A stretch of 61,915 bases of DNA, counting the filler. It is 13 parts of 13 records of this genome, joined end to end, with 100 filler letters (N's around TTAATTAATTAA, not from the genome) between each part and the next. Parts side by side here need not be neighbours in the genome. Positions count along the whole stretch, not along the records: positions 29,780 to 36,874 come from SRR7504441_19168; positions 36,975 to 45,103 come from SRR7504441_19183; positions 45,204 to 48,893 come from SRR7504441_19186; 10 more parts are not named here. One strand, 5' to 3'. The first letter of the stretch is position 1. Each line of letters opens with the position of its first letter. The translations under genes were made by a program, and so were the position numbers. The notes beneath the pieces were generated by a model. The model worked only from the letters and a program-made list of their open reading frames with translations, did no database searches and was not told the DNA's origin. Below are positions 35,014 through 45,249 of the stretch, in pieces.

Positions 35014-36874
35014 ATGAGCACCTCCCAGTCGAGCGCGTGCTCGACCAAGTGTGATGAGAGCCAATCGACCGGGGTCGAGCTCAACCCGATCCGGATCCAG
35101 TCGATCGGCTTGCCGGCCAACGGCCTGGCAGTGGACCAGAAGTACGAGCAGGCGGGGCTGTGCTGGTCTGGGGTGAGTCTGCGGGTCGGGGAGGCCCAGA
35201 TCCTGGACAACGTCAGCGGGTGCGCCAATCAGGGCGAGATCCACTTCATGTTCGGTGCATCTGGGAGCGGCAAGACGTCGCTGCTGAACGTGCTGGCCGG
35301 CGGGCACCGCGGCGACCGATGCACAGGCACCGTGGAGGCCTCGCAGCCGCTCTGTATGATTGAGGATAGCGACATGTTTCACGGGACGCAGACTGTTCGG
35401 GAAGTTCTGCACTTTGAAGCAGCGCTGCAGCAACCCGGTGACGGCGGAGACGCGCGGAGGCGCGCGGGGGAGACGGCGGAGAAGGTCCTGGGGGATGTGG
35501 GCCTAGTGGACCAGGCCGAGGCGTTTTGTGGCGGGCTGTGTCCTGGGGGCTACTACATCAAGTCGCTGTCTAAGGGGCAACTACGTCGGTTGACGATTGC
35601 TTCTCGGTTGACACGGTTCTACTCGTGTGCAGAGCAGCGGTATACCCTGCTGGCAGATGAGCCGCTGACGGTGAGGCCCCGCTTGCGCTGTGATCTAAGC
35701 TGGACACAGGCGCTCGACTCAGCGACAGCTGTTCGAATTCTTGACATCTTCAAAGGGCTAGCAAACCAGGGCCACACTATCATTCTCACGATCCACCAAC
35801 CGAGCGAGTATATCTGGCGAACCTTTGCCTCAACCTGCTCAGTACTGCAAAACGGTCTCTGCGTGTATAACGGGGGAGTGAAGGCCCTGCTACGCTCCTG
35901 CCACACCAACTTTGGAGATCACTATCTATGGAGCGAGCTAGCAGCGGAGAGTAATATGTCTGATGAGCCTGATTTTCTCCTCCGCTTTTTCAGTGGTATT
36001 TCCGACGATGAGTTGCGTTCTCGGATCTGTGCTAGGCTTAACAACAAGGACGCTACAACCCTGGAGGTGCAGCCAGGCTTGGAGATATTAAGCTCTTTTA
36101 CCACACAAGTGACTGCTGTCTTGATCCGATCATTTAGAGTAACGAGCAGAAATGTGGCAACCTGGGTATTTCGTATCGTGCTACACTTACTCATAGGGCT
36201 GATGGTACTCAACGGCTTCTGGGATGTAGCGGCGAAGGGGACAAGCGGTACACTGGCTCGGTATAGACTGGACTTCTTCTCGCTGGTCGTTCTCCTCATT
36301 ACCCCAGTATTGGCAGTTTCCGGCTTTGTTCTGAGTGCACAACTTGACAAGAAAGACATGGCTAACAAGCTGTATAGGCCCGCGGTGTTGTGCCTTTCCT
36401 ACCAAGTTGTGGAGAACTCCATCTGCACTATCAATGCACTTTGCTATTGCGCATGCACGTTGCCTCTTTTTTACTGCGCTGGAGTGGCGCGGATCATGAT
36501 AATGTTGTGGCTTTTTCACATTTCTATGACACACACATTTTTCCTGCTTGCCCAGTTGATTTGGATTCCAGATGTGGCGATACTAATTTGTGGAGTACTG
36601 GTTATTCTAAACGTACTGGCCTCTGGCTTCATCATTTTCCCTACCGAGATGGTGGCTCCATTCAAGCAGCTGCAATGGATTTCGTTATTGAAGTATGTGT
36701 TCATGGGCATGATCGATATTGATGTTCTTCAGGAGGGTGATAGCCCTATCTTGTTTGACGCCGTCTTTGATGGCGACATCTGGAGGGAACAGGATTGCTT
36801 CATTGTTCTCATTGTATACACCGTGGTCATGCATGTTGCATTATTTGGATTATTCGCATGGAAGTACCGTAGCT
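35014..36874 (+). CDS. ABCG (White-family) half transporter, stop codon not seen before the contig end
   Basis: GASGSGKTSLL, LSKGQLRRLTIA, LLADEPLT (39-nt in-frame intron) ALDS, TIHQP, C-terminal TM domain. Confidence 0.92.
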
Positions 36875-36974
36875 NNNNNNNNNNNNNNNNNNNNNNNNNN
36901 NNNNNNNNNNNNNNNNNNTTAATTAATTAANNNNNNNNNNNNNNNNNNNNNNNNNNNNNNNNNNNNNNNNNNNN

Positions 36975-39157
36975 CCCCCCCCCCCCCCAGGCCAATCTCG
37001 CAGTTTCCGGCTCGGGCATGGACACGAGCGCTCAGAGCTGCGGCCCAAGCGCGTGACTGGGCTGCAAGGTGCTGCAGCCAGGCTCGGGCCGGGTCGGAGC
37101 CGCGGGCAGGTGAGGCGATCACGCGGGTGGCGATGGGTTCCGACCATATGGTGGCGCTCACCGGTGCCGGCAAAGTGTGGAGCTGGGGCACGCACAAGGC
37201 GAGCCCGAGCCTCGTGCGGCTGGCTCACCCGGCGGCAGGGGGCGCAGAGGAGCGCGCGGGCCCCCATGCTGGTTGCCGGACTCGAATCGGGTGTGACTGA
37301 AATTGTGTGCGGCGAGAAGCACTCGCTGGCGCTGCAACGGGGCGCGGTGTTCTGCTGGGGCGCCAACGAGAGCGGGCAGCTGGGGACGGGGTACACTGAC
37401 CCAAGCGCCACCCCGCAGCTGGTGATCGGGCTGCCATCCACCCGCGTGACCCAGATAGCCGCTGGAAGCTCCCACTCGATGGCCGTGCTCGAAGACAACA
37501 GCAGCTGGGCCTGGGGGAGCAACAAGTGCGGCCAGCTTGGTGTGGGCATCCGGCCGGTCCAGAGCTCATCGGCAATCCAAGTCCAAGGGCTGGCCGGGCT
37601 GACTGTATCCCGGATTGGCTGTGGCGATCAGTTCAGCATCGCACTCGTTGAGGAGCCCCATTCAGACGGCCAGGTGCCGTTGCCCTCGTGTAGAGGCTCT
37701 AAGCATGTGTCGGGTGTAGGCTTATCCGGCGCCGCCCAGCACAGCCCGGCTCTCGCTGTCAGTTGGATGTGAGGATAGGGAGCTGGTGGAGGATCTGTGC
37801 ACGCTGCACCAGGATGTCTCCGAGGCCAAGGCGGCCGCGGCCACAGTCCAATTTCAAGTCGACGAGGCGGAGGCCAGGGAGGCGGCAGTCACAGCTCAGA
37901 TCATCGAATGGCGTCGGCTGATTGCAGAGATGAACGCGGCAGCTGAGAAGTCTGCAGCAATTGAGCTGGAAGAGGAAAACTTTCATAACGCTGAGCAGGC
38001 CCGGGTTGAGGAAGCGATTGCGCCGCTCCGCGAGATGGCAAAAACCCGCAAGCAGGAGATGGAGGAGAATGTGCAGAAGCTGCAGAGCGAGCAGAAGGCG
38101 CTAGAAGAGCTGAAAGTCCAGCTGACGCATGCTGCGGTCGAGCAGGCTACGCTTGAATCCGAGAAGCAGGCGCTAGACTACGACATCTCAGCGATTGAAG
38201 CCGCAACCGAAAAGGAGAAGGCGGATATTCAGCAGGCCAAGACTGCGATCGACAACGCGTTGAGCAACGAGGAAAGCCACAGGCTCAAGGGGCTGCGGCA
38301 GGGCTTGCATGACGCGCAACAGCAGATGCTGAGGGCGCCCAAGGCGGATCGAAAGGGTCTCAAGACAAAGGTGGACTTGCTGGAGAAGGAAATAGACAGG
38401 CTGCTCCGGTCCGGGAAGAACGAGGGCGCGCGGGATCTGACCAAGGAGGCGGCTGAGATGAGGCGTGAGCTGGACCAGCAGCTGGCGCAGGAGATGGCGA
38501 TCCGGGACGAGCTCGAGGAGCTCATGATCCGTTGGCAGGACGAGGTCACCCGGAATCAGGAGTGCATAGTGGCGCTCAAGGAGCAGAAGGCCTACCTCAA
38601 GGACCTGGAGGTGGCTGCCACCAAGGGCAAGGAGTCGGCTCGGAAGGAGGAGCAAATATCAATCCAGCACTCGTCTGATCTGCACATGGAGCTGATGCGA
38701 ATGAAGAAATGCGAGCAGGACGAGAGCCACGCGCAGGCTGCAGACGTGTCTACAGACGACAGGGTGCTGGTGCTGGTGTCTGACATATTTCAGATTGCCA
38801 ATATCAAGCTGGATCGGTTGCTCGACAACTACGAAGTGGCAGCTCTGCTCGAGAGGCTGTTTGCAAGGATTGGCAGAAAGCCGAGTTTCATGGAGGCCGA
38901 CGGGATGCAGCAGCGCCTCACTGGGATTGTGGCCAAAACCATGCAGAGGTTTGACGAGAAGCGCTCGATGCTTGATTTCAACGGATTCCTTCGAATGGTG
39001 CGCCTAATTTGATGGGCTATCGGCTTACTGGGGCTGACAGGTGGCTTCTGAGCCGTGGAATGAGCTCTTTGTAGAGAACAACGTCAAGTCCACTCTGCCT
39101 GCCTACATCGAGGAGTACATCAAACAGACCACGCGTCATCAACGCGAGGGCGTGTAA
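36975..39157 (+). CDS. RCC1-repeat + coiled-coil + EF-hand-like protein, 5'-partial
   Basis: CGEKHSLAL, WGANESGQLG, AAGSSHSMA, WGSNKCGQLG; long coiled coil 37786-38700; last exon ends with TAA at 39155-39157. Confidence 0.8.
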
Positions 39158-39403
39158 ATCAACGGCTCATGACGGCTATTGTGGTGCTAAATTACCATGT
39201 GCTGTATTGGGATAAGACTATAAATACCCCAGCATGCTGTCTATCTCCTTCTCATAGCCAGGGCTGTGAAAACATGCACCTGACCTAGGTTGAAGTGTAG
39301 CGCAATAAAATAGACCTAACTACGGCTCAGTGTACGTACGTAGATTCTATTTAATAGCCTGAAGGAGAGCGATTTCTCAAGATATAGAGTTTTTGTGAGC
39401 ACT

Positions 39404-39715
39404 TTACTCTAACGTGTAGTCTGTTGGGAGTACCTTTGCCTTCATCTTCAGTGCACCGTCGCTTTCAAATTGTGGAAATAGGACAAAGCACTCCTCGCCT
39501 CTCTTACAACTGCCATCAAGACACTCGCAATGCTTACTGTCAAAGGTGACGACATCCCCCACAGAGGCCCAAGGACACTCTAGAGGTGGGTCACATAGCT
39601 CTAGTGCAAAAAGCAAATGGAAAAGCTTGGATGTACAGGTCCTAAATGCTGCCACTGCCTCTGCCGAATCCATGTGCTTCAGCTTCAGCTGTAGAATAAG
39701 TTTCTCAGCGTTACT
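39404..39715 (-). CDS. MIEAP/SPATA18-like C-terminal domain fragment, no 5' part
   Basis: CTSKLFHLLFALELCDPPL...FDSKH...VLFPQF...KAKVLP resembles the MIEAP C-terminal domain (recognition by eye). Confidence 0.45.
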   Translation of the reverse strand, partial: SNAEKLILQLKLKHMDSAEAVAAFRTCTSKLFHLLFALELCDPPLECPWASVGDVVTFDSKHCECLDGSCKRGEECFVLFPQFESDGALKMKAKVLPTDYTLE

Positions 39716-39730
39716 GATCCGCATGTGCAG

Positions 39731-40522
39731 GATATGAAGATGAACGACATGGTGGACGAATACAACAGACGGCACGGGACTAGCCTAAAGGTTCGAGGTA
39801 AGAGCACAGTTGTGTTCTCGCATCAGCAGATGAAGAACTTCTTCCACCCTGTGATTCAGCCCATTATTGAGCACGTTCGACAGTTGCTCAGCGCACAGCC
39901 CATCAAATACATCTTCCTAGTAGGCGGATTCGGGGAGTCCAAGCTTCTGCAGCAGCAGGTCAAGGCTGCCTTTGAGACTGGTCAGCGTAAGGTGCTGGTG
40001 CCCATGCGGCCCGGCCTGGCCGTGGTGCAAGGTGCAGTGATCTATGGCTTGTCTTCAGAAGCATTCGTGAGCCGGAAGTGCAGATTTACTTATGGAATAA
40101 ATGTTTCAAACAAAGAAGAGTTTTCCGGGATGCATCAGCTTTCATGTGGCTCAAAGTTTACGGATGGCGGTTGCAGCTGGGTGAAAGACTGTTTCTCTGA
40201 AATTGTGCGATGTGGCCGAACAATTACATGCGACGAGAAGATCACTCGACCAAATTACTTTGCATTGAGTGCGAGACAAACCGCGATGGAAATCAGGCTT
40301 CATTCGACGACAGCCCCAGAGTGCAGCAGTTTTAGTGACATGCTGACCACAGACCAAGGGATGACAAGGATTGGAACAATTAGCATTCCTGTGCGTGGAA
40401 CAAAAGATGCAGTGGACGTCAGCTTGCAGTTTGGCACCACTGAGATCCTGGTTGAAGCCTACAATAACCATACCCGGGCTAGGGTGGATGCCAAGCTTGA
40501 CTTCGGCTTCAATGCTGTTTGA
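39731..40522 (+). CDS. HSPA12-like Hsp70, C-terminal part only
   Basis: YIFLVGGFGESKLLQ, GLAVVQGAVIYG, SRKCRFTYG, VSLQFGTTEILVEA. Preceded by a 3' splice site (CTGAT...GTGCAG, ending 39730), but no N-terminal ATPase exons are present upstream. Confidence 0.8.
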   Translation, partial: DMKMNDMVDEYNRRHGTSLKVRGKSTVVFSHQQMKNFFHPVIQPIIEHVRQLLSAQPIKYIFLVGGFGESKLLQQQVKAAFETGQRKVLVPMRPGLAVVQGAVIYGLSSEAFVSRKCRFTYGINVSNKEEFSGMHQLSCGSKFTDGGCSWVKDCFSEIVRCGRTITCDEKITRPNYFALSARQTAMEIRLHSTTAPECSSFSDMLTTDQGMTRIGTISIPVRGTKDAVDVSLQFGTTEILVEAYNNHTRARVDAKLDFGFNAV

Positions 40523-40794
40523 AGAACAGAAAGCTTTTGAAGTGTACGAGTACTCCGGAGTTACTCCAAAGACTTAAGTGTACGTATGTACAATGAGTGC
40601 AAGTATTGTAAAAGTAGTAGTATTGAATAGCTTATACGTATATTATCAGTTTTGTGCCTCCTACCTTACCGGTAGTCGACCTTCCGCTCAGCTCTCCCAT
40701 CTACAAACAGGAAAAAGGCACAGCCGGGCCAAGTGGCATGTGTCAAACCGGAGACAACAAGCATGATGAAGGAGTGCAAGGAACTCGTACTATA

Positions 40795-41709
40795 TTAATC
40801 AGCTCGAAAGCTTCGCCATTTGTCCTTCCACTCGACAATCGCTTTCAAGCCTTGGTCTCGGAAGTCTATGGCTTCCGACCGACTTTGTCGCTGCTTACCC
40901 AGCTGCTCGTGAATTTTTTCCACAGCACCCGGTGGCGGCTCACTCCACACATCCATATCGGCCCAGCAAGGCTCAAAGCAGCCCTTGCCGATCGTTTCGT
41001 AAAACCCTTGGTAGCCGGCCTCGCCCCCACCGAGATCAAACACCTGGTGCATGCCCATGAGCGCCCACCGCACCCCGGGTCCCTCATGCAGCGCCCGGTC
41101 CACGTCCTCGACACTCGCCACGCCATTGGCCACTAGACTAATCGCCTCCCTCCACACAGCAGCCTGCAGTCGGTTGGCGATGTGTCCGTCCACCTCCTTC
41201 TCCAGCACCACTGGAGCCTTGCCCAGCGCCCCGAAGAACCCCGCGACATCCTTTACTACGCTCCTCTCGGTGGCTGGCCCGGGAACAAGCTCCACCAGCC
41301 TCAGCAGGTGCGGCGGGTTGAAAGGATGGGCCACCAAGCTCCGCCGCCCGAGCTCGGGCCCAACCGCTTCTTGTAGCCGGGAGACCCTCAGGCCGGAGGT
41401 AGAACTCCCGAGCACGGCACCAGGGCCGGAGTGTGCCTCCACCGCCCGCCAGACCGCCGCCTTCACACTGTACTCCTCCTGCACGCTCTCTTGCACATAC
41501 TGCGCGTCAGCCACCGCCGCCTGGATCGAGGGGGCCAGCTCGAGCTGCGCACCGGCCCCGGCGATCGACTGAGCCGCGGCAAGCCCCGCTGCGGCTGTGG
41601 GCGGGTGGTTGTCGAACAGAGTCACCTGCAGCCCGGCCCGCGCGAACAGCCCAGCCCACGAGGCCCCGATCGTGCCGCAGCCCACCACCGCCACCCTCGT
41701 GTACTCCAT
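40795..41709 (-). CDS. 3-hydroxyacyl-CoA dehydrogenase family (CRYL1/L-carnitine dehydrogenase-like)
   Basis: VVGCGTIGASW, VQESVQE, SSTSG, HPFNPPHL, GHIANRLQAAVWREA, GPGVRWA; intronless. Confidence 0.92.
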   Translation of the reverse strand: MEYTRVAVVGCGTIGASWAGLFARAGLQVTLFDNHPPTAAAGLAAAQSIAGAGAQLELAPSIQAAVADAQYVQESVQEEYSVKAAVWRAVEAHSGPGAVLGSSTSGLRVSRLQEAVGPELGRRSLVAHPFNPPHLLRLVELVPGPATERSVVKDVAGFFGALGKAPVVLEKEVDGHIANRLQAAVWREAISLVANGVASVEDVDRALHEGPGVRWALMGMHQVFDLGGGEAGYQGFYETIGKGCFEPCWADMDVWSEPPPGAVEKIHEQLGKQRQSRSEAIDFRDQGLKAIVEWKDKWRSFRAD

Positions 41710-41847
41710 GCTGGACACTGCGCAGCTGCGCAGCCGGCACTGGGAGCGCATCCTACGAGCCAGGCCTGCAGTCCTCATCCCGGGCGGTGCCGTCTGCTCT
41801 CAGACGGAGCATGCCGTTACTCGGGAGTTACTAGGCCCCTCTGCGGC

Positions 41848-42900
41848 ATGCGGAGCGGGCAGGTCTTCCAGTCACACACTGTTGGCCGGGGGCTATGCTT
41901 CCTCAGCGTGGCGCTGATAGGCGCCAGCAGCGCGGCGACAGACGCCGCCCAGTGGTGCACTGACCCGACCAACACCGACGTAGTGATCAGCCCGCACGAG
42001 CGACGAGCGCACGTGCTGAGTTCGGCGTCCAAGTACAGGGCGCTCTACTCGGCTCGGCGGTGTGGATTCTTCAGGCTCCAGTCAGCTCTCCTGCCGTCGT
42101 TGCTCCGCCGCATCAAGCGAGAAATTGAGCGCAGCAGCCGAGCGCACCCTGAGTTGCTCGAGCCACTGCGGGGGAGTACCGAGGGTTCGTACGCAGATGA
42201 AGACCAGAGAGTGCAGTTCTCGCTTCCTTACCGTGCACCTTTCAACGACCAGCGGGTGATCAACTCGTCGCTCGTCATGCCACTGGTCACGGCCTGGCTC
42301 CAGGGCCGGAGATACGGCGTCGAGCTGCACGTCGCAGCACATCTCCTGGCAGGCCCGCGCGCACCGGCACAGGTGCCGCACACGGATGTAGATGCTTACC
42401 ACGGGCCGCAAGACTATGTCAAGAATCGTGTTGACAGCTCGATACTTCGCACCAAACGGACTTATGCTCAATTCGTGGATGGCAGTCTAACATTTGCTCT
42501 AAATGTGCACCTGCCGCTGAAGAACATCACCCGCCAAAATGGCGCCACAGTGCTGTGTCCAGGAAGTCATCTGTTGCAGCTGCAGGGAAGGAGAATTTCG
42601 TTTGCTAACTACACGAGCTCTAAGCATTGTACTGGTCCGAATCGAGTTTATGGCACAGGTCGCATTGGCGATATCTTGGTGTACGACTCGAGGCTTGTGC
42701 ACTGGGCTGGTGCAAACCCGACTGAACAAGAACGCGGCCTCCTGTCCTATAGTTACTGTCAGAGCTGGTTGGAGCATTTCAATCAAGGAAGGCAATGGGA
42801 TAGAGAGGCCCGATGGCACTACAAGCAGTGGAGACAAGCGTGGCGGAACTCGGATGGAATGCATAGAAATGGCGGAACACTAGAGCATAATGATTTATAG
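41848..42900 (+). CDS. PhyH-family Fe(II)/2OG dioxygenase with signal peptide/anchor
   Basis: QVPHTD, NGATVLCPGSH, GDILVYDSRLVHWAGAN, R; hydrophobic leader LCFLSVALIGASSA. Confidence 0.85.
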   Translation: MRSGQVFQSHTVGRGLCFLSVALIGASSAATDAAQWCTDPTNTDVVISPHERRAHVLSSASKYRALYSARRCGFFRLQSALLPSLLRRIKREIERSSRAHPELLEPLRGSTEGSYADEDQRVQFSLPYRAPFNDQRVINSSLVMPLVTAWLQGRRYGVELHVAAHLLAGPRAPAQVPHTDVDAYHGPQDYVKNRVDSSILRTKRTYAQFVDGSLTFALNVHLPLKNITRQNGATVLCPGSHLLQLQGRRISFANYTSSKHCTGPNRVYGTGRIGDILVYDSRLVHWAGANPTEQERGLLSYSYCQSWLEHFNQGRQWDREARWHYKQWRQAWRNSDGMHRNGGTLEHNDL

Positions 42901-42986
42901 CATAAGCTTGCTTGCAAGTACAACTGCAAGGTCCATAGTAAATCACTCCCGCTGATCAGCAACAGAGTTTTAGCGGCCGGCGGGCA

Positions 42987-44663
42987 TCATGAGCTAGTAT
43001 AGGCGAGGGTAATCCAATGGAAGTTCTTGCCGCACACACAAATCATGTGATCGCATCCGCTGACCCTGTACCACAAGACAATCAACACGTGTCGCAAAAA
43101 GACCTCTACCGTTGAATCATAACACCGCACTGCGGGCATGGCTTGGCTTCAATATTCGCGTAGTGCTCATTGCTGCCCCAACTCACCCCACCATTGGGCC
43201 AAATACTGACTTATACTCCTCGCAAGTCTTGCCCCAATGGTTGACCTTGCACTTGAAGCAGATGCCTCGCTCATCCCACGGATGCTTCCACAGCCAATGC
43301 ACCTGCCCGATCCATCTCACTACGGCCGACCCCAGGACACAAACCGACCTGAAACGAGGCTCGCCGTTCAAGGTCCTTGAACCGCTCGGCCAGCTGTGTC
43401 GCGAACACAGCGCGTTCAGTGTGCAGTTGGAGCTCCACTGGGCCACCAGCCGAACCGAAAGCCTCCAGCGGGATGTGCCTGTCGATCTCCTGCGGCAGCT
43501 GGTCAGTCTGGGCCGGGTAGCATTGACACATTGATAAGGAAGTCGGGAGTGGTCTGCCCTCTGTGGTAGTTGGCCATGGCAACCAAGATATCCACCTCTC
43601 GACCAGGGCAGAGAGCTTTCAGTCTGTCCAGCAGACCGTTGATCGGTGAGCTGTCATCAACGTAACTTCTTAGACGGCTGCCAACGTAGCTATCGGAATC
43701 GCGGGAGGCGAGCACAGCGCTGGCATTCTTTTCATACGCCCGGATCTCGGCAGATCCAACGAATGGCTGCCAGTAGCTCGTAGGCAGGCGCTCGGAGCAG
43801 ACCGGGCAGCGGATGGTAGCCACATGGTACCGGGACGAGTCGATGATGCCTTTGATGTAAGTTTGGCAGCACTCTTCACAGACAAGGCAGCTCTGCATCC
43901 CGTTACGACACATCTGACGTGTCCCTGGATCCAGCTCGACGCAGCACAGCGTGCACTCATCCCCGAGCTGGGCTGTGATCGGCTCAGGCTCGGGCATGGC
44001 TGAGATCTGCTTGGCGGTGCTGTTGAGCTTGAGCGAAGCTACCCAGGTCTGGTACAGATGCTCCATCGAGTAGTCTGGGTTCGGGTTAAGATTGAACGAG
44101 GGCGTCCGAGCGATCTGCGCCAGCCGCACCGCCTCGTCCGCCTGGTCCTCGGGCGACAGGTCCGAGGTGATGATCTCCGAGGCGGCCACCGCATCCAGCC
44201 CGGCCTCCCGGGCCGAGAAGCCCTTGGAGGCAGGCCGGTGTTCCACCCGGACGATATCGGCCGGCCCGGCCACCACCGCGTCCTCGGCCGGGGCGGGCGG
44301 CTCGGGCGCCCGGAAGGCCGCAACGAACTCGTCGAGCGTGATGTAGTTGTCCGAGTTTCGATCGATCTCGGCAAACACTCGGGACCATGGCCGGCCTTGG
44401 GCTCGGATGGCCTTCCGGAGGGCTTTGGCCTTCCGCCCGCGCATTGCCCGCTGGAACTCCCTCTTGGTCAGCCGGCCGTCGCCGTCCTGATCAAACTGCG
44501 TGAAGAAGGCCGTCGCGATAGCCCGGGCTGGGTCCTCGTCGGCTGGGTCCTCGGAGGGCGCCGGCTCGGCCGGGTCCTGACGGGCCGCTTTGGCCGCCTT
44601 GAGCCGGGCGATCTCGGCCTTGGCTGCCGCCAGCTCTCGCCGCAGGGTGTCGGTGTCGGCCAT
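42987..44663 (-). CDS. EF-hand pair + RBR (RING-IBR-RING2) E3 ubiquitin ligase
   Basis: DQDGDGRLTKREF and DRNSDNYITLDEF; RING1 CTLC..CEEC..CPVC; IBR-like CFKCKVNHWGKTCEEY; spliced RING2 KPCPQCGVMIQRVSGCDHMICVCGKNFHW; TGA at 42987-42989. Confidence 0.8.
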
Positions 44664-44807
44664 GCCTGCAGCCCGAGTGACGCTGGCCCGAACAGTCGTC
44701 CATCATCGCGCACGTAATCGACTTGAGACGTCCCAACTCCTGCCCTCGGAGGCCACTCGATTTATTTTTAGTCGAACACCGCACTCTCCCGGGAGGCCAC
44801 GCTGCCG

Positions 44808-45103
44808 ATGGTGGCCCAGCCGCTGCACCCGACCTGGGTGCGGCTGCACCGGGAGGCGCACGCCGGTTTCGACCGCCAGCTGCGCTCCGAGCTGGCCCGG
44901 CCGTCCTCGGTCCCGCCCCGGATGATCCGGCGGGCCGACGGCTCCCGTGTGTCAGTGTCCAGCCGGCCGGCCTCCCAGCCGTCCGGCGAGCGGCTCTCCA
45001 CCCTGTCCGCCCGGATGCGGCTGTACCGGAACCAGGCCTCCCTGTGGCAGACCGACCAGCCCTACCTGCCGCGCGAGGGCAAGGGCACCCCCGGCGCGTG
45101 CCA
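44808..45103 (+). CDS. hypothetical protein, 3'-partial
   Basis: ATG ORF divergent from the RBR gene, running into the contig end. Confidence 0.35.
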
Positions 45104-45249
45104 NNNNNNNNNNNNNNNNNNNNNNNNNNNNNNNNNNNNNNNNNNNNTTAATTAATTAANNNNNNNNNNNNNNNNNNNNNNNNNNNNNNNNNNNNNNNNN
45201 NNNCTCCTGTTGACCTGGGCCGGGTCAGGCACCCAACGCACAGAACGAA

